64,000 bases of DNA from Iphione sp. A-MEVVRFRX5. Taxonomy: Eukaryota. Location: positions 1,674,001 through 1,738,000 of the forward strand of contig OZ320318.1 of NCBI GenBank assembly GCA_976226885.1, read 5' to 3'. The notes under the pieces are model-generated. The model made no database searches. It saw only the letters and a program-made list of their open reading frames with translations, and was not told the DNA's origin. A program made the position numbers and the translations under genes. Shown in pieces: positions 59,201 through 64,000 of this stretch (its first letter is position 1; every line of letters begins with the position of its first letter).

Positions 59201-59912
59201 AAAAGCAGACTTTTTAACGGGCTTACTGCAGGAGATTATAAATTATAATATAAAGCAGCTTATAAGCAACATTATAATCAGTGCCATCTTTTACACCATG
59301 TGTGGTACATGTGGGTGAGTCCAGCAACCATACAGTGTCTCTATTTAATTCAGACAAGCAAATGTATGAAAGACATTGTCTTGGACAGGAGGAGAGAAAG
59401 TACGCCCATTCTGGAAGCACTACTACCGGGGAGCGATGGGGGTGGTGTTTGTGGTGGACAGTGCTGCCCCCTATGACGAGATGGAGGAAGCCAAGGGTGC
59501 CCTGGCTGAGGTCCTGAGCGACCCGACCCTGAGTAAGCTGCCCTGCCTTATACTGGCCAACTGTCAAGACAAGCCAGATGCCCGCAACGAGCAACAGGTA
59601 GGACTCTGTTCATCATCATATTTAAGAAAAGATCAGACTTGAAAAGATTAGCTGAAGCAGATAGATCAGTTTAATCCACATAAACTAAACTATATCATTG
59701 ATGTTCCCCACCATGTATAATTACTCCTTGTGTTGCAGGTGAAAAGTGACCTTGACCTGAACACAGTCTGTGGAGACCGGCCATGGGCCCTGCATCTGTG
59801 CCAGCTCAGTGATGTCGAGGGCATTCGGGATGGCTTCGCTAAGTTGACGGTCCACCTGTTTGCTCCAGAGAAGGAAGAGGACCGGCCACGCCTACCAAAC
59901 AACAGAATATGA
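53162..59912 (+). CDS. ARL15: ARL15-like small GTPase (216 aa, 4 exons)
   Basis: join(53162..53224,58174..58378,59389..59597,59739..59912). LCCKGPP, P-loop GLGESGKT, family-typical E-I-G-G in place of DxxG, FVVDSA, ILANCQDK. Confidence 0.92.
53517..54067. mobile_element. MITE-like element with a 28-bp inverted repeat and subterminal motif copies
   Basis: 53517-53544 CAAAATGTCACCCTAGTCAAAATGCCAC vs reverse complement of 54040-54067 (1 mismatch). Confidence 0.65.
54987..55162. repeat. 44-bp tandem repeat x4
   Basis: ACTGGCAC at 54987, 55031, 55075, 55119. Confidence 0.9.
56060..56365. repeat. ~62-bp diverged tandem repeat, ~5 copies
   Basis: TCTTACACC..TCTTTGTTCTGGC recurs. Confidence 0.8.
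56805..57905. repeat. 25-bp minisatellite, ~1.1 kb
   Basis: GATACTAATGATAAGGGTACCCAGT. Confidence 0.95.
58174..58378 (+). CDS. ARL15-like exon 2 (LFCRLCCKGPP...KEIG)
   Basis: tggcag| ... |gtgagg; not in the ORF track. Confidence 0.92.
58520..59120. repeat. Compound minisatellite (~34-bp units followed by related ~62-bp units)
   Basis: AGGTCATGTCCACATTG.. then TTCAGGTCGTGGTCACATGG.. Confidence 0.88.
59389..59597 (+). CDS. ARL15-like exon 3
   Basis: ggacag| ... |gtagga. Confidence 0.92.
59739..59912 (+). CDS. ARL15-like exon 4
   Basis: ttgcag| ... TGA. Confidence 0.9.
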   Translation: MKSDLDLNTVCGDRPWALHLCQLSDVEGIRDGFAKLTVHLFAPEKEEDRPRLPNNRI

Positions 59913-61029
59913 TCTTTTACAATGTGTACAACACAACCGCTTCAGAAGAAACTTGGAAACATGGATGTCCATGTATTTGTTTGCTCAGCACTGTCACTGA
60001 TACAGTAGGGATGGGAAGGATAAGTACAAGTCAACCATGGCAAAGGCAGTGGACCATGACTTAAATCATCACTCTCAAGTCTGGATCACTCAGTTTTCTA
60101 TCTGTGCAGGGAAACCTCACTATTGCAGACACAGGAGGGACTTTGAGCATTGTGTCCACAGTGGCGGTTGTCTGCAGTAGCTGAAGTTGTCATAGAAATG
60201 CAGTAGAAATGTAGTTCTGGAGTCGTTATGTCCGCCGTGAGGGTTGTCCACTATGTCCAGTTGTCAGATAACAGAGGTTTGACTATCATTCACGTTAAAC
60301 TCCACATATCAAGCCCGCGTCACTATGTTGACTGGCTCTACATTCAAATCTCATTATGCGGAGACTTTGTATCATAATTTACTCCTTATCTGGTTGTATT
60401 CGCAAGGAATCAAATGTCATTTTCCTGTACATTCATGTTTATTTTATCCAGATTTTTCATTGTCTGCATGAAATTGCCACAAACAGAGGGTGTCTGCACA
60501 GTGAGGCAAAACTAGACAGTGTCTCTATCAAAATTTTATTGAATTTTTGGTGGAGTATATCTGCGTTCATTTGTGATTGAAGAAAAAAACAGTGAGAAAA
60601 TTAGTTGAATAAGTCAAAGGAGAGAAAAAACAGTCCATTGTTAGGTGGCTAAGTTGTGAAATAACTAATAATTTGTGGGGCAAAATTGACACGCCAAAAG
60701 ATTTGAATACCAATACATTGTACTATGAGAATCTCTCGAGCTGTTTTATAATAAAAAAAACATACGGAGCCAGGGAAGGGAGTTGGAGGCAGACAGAGAA
60801 GTGGGTGAGGCTAGTTGCAAAAACCGTTGTTTCCTAACTTCATACAGTTTTTCTCTTTTGAACAAGGGTTTGTAGATTGGAAATGATTTAGCAGCTGCAG
60901 CGGTTGAAGACAGGTGGAGTTGGACAGTAATTAAATCTCCCAGCGGTAGGCAAATTAGATTGCACACAACACAAGAAAGAGACTAAGAGACTGGGTTTGA
61001 AAGGTAAGCGATTTTGATGTTGGGGATAG

Positions 61030-61325
61030 GCTCTATGGGCCTGACTGTCTCCATGGGTCTGTCTCTATGGGTCTGACTGTCTCCATGGGTCTGTCTCTAT
61101 GGGCCTGGCTGTCTCTATGGGCCTGCCTGTCTCCATGGGCCTGACTGTTTCCATGGGCCTATCTTGGGGTAAAGGCTCCATGGGTCTGCCTGTCTCCATG
61201 GGCCTGCCTGTTTCCATAGGCCTGACTGTCTCCATGGGCCTGCCTGTTTCCATAGGCCTGACTGTCTCCATGGGCCTGACTGTTTCCATGGGCCTGTCTT
61301 GGGGTAAAGGCTCCATGGGTCTAAC
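61030..61325. repeat. 18-bp minisatellite
   Basis: CTGACTGTCTCCATGGGC. Confidence 0.9.
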
Positions 61326-61463
61326 TGTAACGGCAAACTCTTAGATTACTCAAAGCTGGGTACATGTAGTTATAAGCTTCGGATAACAGACACAACTTCA
61401 AGCCCAAATAGCTATACATGTATACTCTCCAGTCATATCAAATTCGATTATTCACATCCCAAT

Positions 61464-61496
<33 letters not shown>

Positions 61497-61739
61497 AGTT
61501 TTCATTGTCAATGTATTTCTTTTGAAACCAGTTCATGTACATCCATGTAGCAGTGCATTCTCTCCTCTATTAGTGTAGACCTGATTTCTTGACAACTGTT
61601 ACAGTTTTCTCCATTCTCTAACAGATGCTCAGTGCCTATACAATTTTCACAGTGTTCTGTATCATTCAATGTAGATGCAGGGTGTCTGCAACTATTAGCA
61701 GTGTATTCCATCCTCTATTAAAACAGACCTGATATCTTT

Positions 61740-62110
61740 AAAGTAACTATGCCATGTTCCATCATCCAGCATAGACCTAAGGTGTCTATAACTGTTAACA
61801 GTCTATTCCATCCTGAAATATAGACCCGGTGTCTCTACAACTATGGAAGTGCTGATTAGCGTCCAGCATACACTCAGTGCCTGTGCAGTTGTCACATTAT
61901 TCGCAGTCATCCAGAATAGACCTAAGGTGTCTATAACTGTCAACAGTTTATTCCATCCTGAAATATAGACCCGGTGTCTCTACAACTACGAAAGTGCTGA
62001 TTAGCGTCCAGCATACACTCAGTGCCTGTGCAGGTGCCATAGTATTTACGATCATCCAGCATAGACCTAAGGTGTCTACAACTGTCAACAGTTTATTCCA
62101 TCCTCAAGTA
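61740..62110. repeat. ~145-bp tandem repeat, ~2.5 copies, with a diverged tail
   Basis: CATCCAG(C/A)ATAGACCTAAGGTGTCTA recurs three times. Confidence 0.8.
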
Positions 62111-63109
62111 TAATAGTAGTGTCTCTACACCTGTGAGAGTGTTACTGGTCTAATCTAGATCTATTGTTTGGACTGTGATGGGAATTTTCTGTCTTGATAT
62201 ATCTGTACAGTTGTCATACTGAATCATCAAACATAGACCAAGTGGGTCTATGACTGTTATGGTGTATTCCATCCTCTAAAGTAGACAGAGTATTTTGACA
62301 ACCATATTGTCTCCATCCTCAGATATAGAGTTTTCTGTGATAGTGCATTCCATTCTCCTGTGTAGAAGAAAAAGGAGTTAGTGATGGAGAATAACTCTTT
62401 CCCGAGAAGAGTGTGTTCTCTCAGTCAGCCTCTGTGGGGGTATCATTTCCATTTCAGGGGAACTCTATTTATTTACAGATATATATTATTCCATGGTTAC
62501 GCATCAGGGTAACACTCATCAAATATAGTGCACCCTGGTATATATATATTCTCTCTTTTCATTGTTTTGTAGGAAAATATTCGTGTAATTTCTCTGGGGT
62601 TAAGCGCCAGTGTTGGTTGAAATGTTTTTGTTACATGTTTTATTATTTTTTCCAATATCAGTAATTTTTCTTTGATTTCTTAATATAAAAGTTGCTTAAA
62701 GGCTACATTAGTATGAATATTACAGACCTGCATTGGGTCACATGTGTCTTGTTTTGCATATCACGTGATTGCTAGTGGCTTTGTCTCTGTGTTTTGTTAA
62801 AGAGTATCAGTTTTTTGTTTTTGAACTCAAATATCACCTGCCCGGCTAGCAATGTATTTGCTAAAGGTACTTACTTTTAGAGGTGTGCACTTGTAAAGTA
62901 TCACACATGTGCACTTTATATGTATCACTAGACATGTGCTGATTGGCTCTTATAACCTGCCAGGGTGGTGCAGGGATGAGCCCATTTATCCAGCAGATAG
63001 TTGGATTCCCCACTTTGTCATCCACAGATCTTGCCCGATTTGACAAGCCCTTTCTTCTAAAACCATGACAGGTGTATTTGTGTGTATTTGTGTCATTAAC
63101 AAACAGAAT

Positions 63110-63630
63110 TTTACTGAATGAATAGTTGGTTGGAGGGGGCAGGAGAAGACAACGTGGTTGAGAACCATGATTTTACAAAATGAGTAGTTGGTTGGAGGGG
63201 GATCGGAGAAGACAACATGGTGGAGAACCATGATTGTACAGAATGAGTGGTTGGTTGGAGGGGGCGGGAGAAGACAACATGTTGGAGAACCATGATTGTA
63301 CAGAATAAGTAGTTGGTTGGAGGGTGCGGGAGAAGACAACATGGTGGAGAACCATGATTGTACAGAATGAGTGGTTGGTTGGAGGGGGATCGGAGAAGAC
63401 AACATGTTGGAGAACCATGATTTTACAGAATGAGTGGTTGGTTGGAGGAAGCGGGAGAAGAAAACATGGTGGAGAACCATGATTTTACAGAATGCATGGT
63501 TGGTTGGAGGGGGATCGGAGAAGACAACATGTTGGAGAACCATGATTTTACAGAATGAGTGGTTGGTTGGAGGGGGCGGGAGAAGACAACATGGTGAAGA
63601 ACCATAATTTTATAGATTGAATGGTTGAAG
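63110..63630. repeat. ~60-bp minisatellite, ~8 copies
   Basis: AGAAGACAACATGGTGGAGAACCATGATT..CAGAATGAGTGGTTGGTTGGAGGGG. Confidence 0.92.
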
Positions 63631-64000
63631 TGGGTGGGAGGATACTGTGGATAACTCATATTTAATCTGGAATACCCTAAGATGCCATGCTATTTGTTGA
63701 ACTGTGAACACTTTCAGCTTCTGTGCCATTCCTAGAGAGTATATTTTCTTCACACCATTTCAAGGGTGACTAACTTTTGTATCTTTTCTTACCTAAACTA
63801 GATGCTGGAAATGCTGTGCCTTTAACATTAGTGATATTCACTTCAAGCACTGGTGTGAAATCTTTTTTCATAGTTATCATGAATGGGGAGATGTAGTATA
63901 AGCATCTTCCAGTTTCCCTGGCTCGATCTCACTCCTTTATTCAGGTAAGTACGTTGACCTTTTTAACTGGGGTAGTTGTATATGCGCGGATTTGAAGTTC

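Noticed and set aside
42803-63630. CRISPR-like appearance of the 25-60 bp repeats
   Set aside because: Units are directly adjacent with no unique spacers, there are no cas genes, and the context is eukaryotic.
63874-63944. Exon-like segment with a strong acceptor and CAG|GTAAGT donor
   Set aside because: Stops in all three frames; it could be a UTR or non-coding exon but cannot be assigned within the window.

Overview
Eukaryotic (animal, probably invertebrate) genomic DNA that is intron-rich and very rich in minisatellites, with two assembly gaps. I rebuilt three spliced host genes by hand from GT-AG sites and phase continuity. (1) The 3' part of an unidentified helical/coiled-coil protein gene (+, 9 exons, 4267-15081). 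(2) A complete RNF115/RNF126-family RING-H2 E3 ligase (-, 9 exons, 343 aa). (3) A complete ARL15-like small GTPase (+, 4 exons, 216 aa), head-to-head with the RNF gene with only 150 bp between start codons. Mobile DNA: a Penelope-like element (RT + GIY-YIG, 5' hammerhead ribozyme) followed on the same strand by an extra two-finger C2H2 ORF that the ORF track missed; a full-length DIRS1-type tyrosine-recombinase retrotransposon with intact ORFs, ITRs, ICR and a candidate -1 frameshift signal; a decayed CR1/L2-type LINE; a truncated Gypsy element with a tRNA-Leu PBS; several MITEs. Best leads: the zinc-finger 'cargo' ORF of the Penelope-like element with its recurring AACSGTT motif, the DIRS gag-pol A_AAA_AAC + hairpin signal, and tandem arrays that copy real exons together with their splice sites. 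No database searches or computations were run; the organism is not identified.
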